This document shows, piece after piece, positions 63,722 to 64,000 of a stretch of 64,000 nucleotides of DNA. The stretch is from the NCBI RefSeq assembly GCF_009914755.1, contig NC_060946.1; one strand, given 5' to 3'. The stretch's first letter is position 1. Each line of letters opens with the position of its first letter. The notes beneath the pieces are model-generated. The model did not search any database, was not told the DNA's origin, and worked only from the letters and a program-made list of their open reading frames with translations. The translations under genes and the position numbers were made by a program. The DNA comes from the human T2T-CHM13v2.0 reference genome, Homo sapiens.

Positions 63722-64000
63722 TGTTACAATAATTAACTGGGAGGCCATCAATCTAAGATGGTTCCAGCATCCTGGGTTCCTACTTACACAAACCAAAACT
63801 CAACTCAGTGTAAATGGTCATAGTCTAGGCCAATTAGAAACTGTCAACTAATCTCTACCTAGGAACTTTCCCCTACTTAAGCTTAACTAATCAGAAACTG
63901 CCAACTACCCCTCACTAGAGACTTTCCACCACTTAAGTTTAACCTATCAGAAACTGCCAACTAACCCCTCACTAGAGACTTTCCACTGGAATGAATTATT
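63722..64000 (+). mobile_element. ERV1 LTR 5' part (MER93-like) with three ~56-57-bp tandem units; truncated by window end
   Basis: tgttacaataattaactgggaggccat...ctgggttcctac...aactcagtgtaaatgg; units at 63831, 63888, 63944. Confidence 0.7.

Noticed and set aside
63831-63985. Regularly spaced repeats as a CRISPR-like array
   Set aside because: Head-to-tail units without unique spacers, inside a primate LTR, with no cas genes.

Overview
Primate (human-like) genomic DNA, not microbial: about 26 Alu/FLAM copies (J, S and Y types), two young L1PA fragments, several solo LTRs (MaLR, ERVL, ERV1), DNA-transposon relics, many old MIR/L2/L1M fragments and several microsatellites. The window is best explained as intronic sequence of a large gene on the minus strand: the plus strand looks A-rich by eye, both young L1s lie mainly on +, and the best splice signals are on -. 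The main non-repeat feature is a CpG-rich promoter-like region (~11.6-12.9 kb). It holds a candidate internal first exon ending in a perfect AAG|GTAAGT donor at 12327, with a strong-Kozak ATG (MAAPEE...) preceded by short uORFs, one of them in frame and separated by a single TGA. A second candidate 285-nt non-coding exon (34219-34503, -) is flanked by inverted Alus. I could not identify the host gene. The ORF-track entries are repeat-derived or chance ORFs. There is no CRISPR, rRNA, tRNA or complete protein-coding gene, and I found no convincing new biological system; the findings are regulatory hypotheses and mutational or transposition footprints. Repeat subfamily names are from recall and need RepeatMasker/Dfam confirmation, and boundaries of old repeats are approximate.
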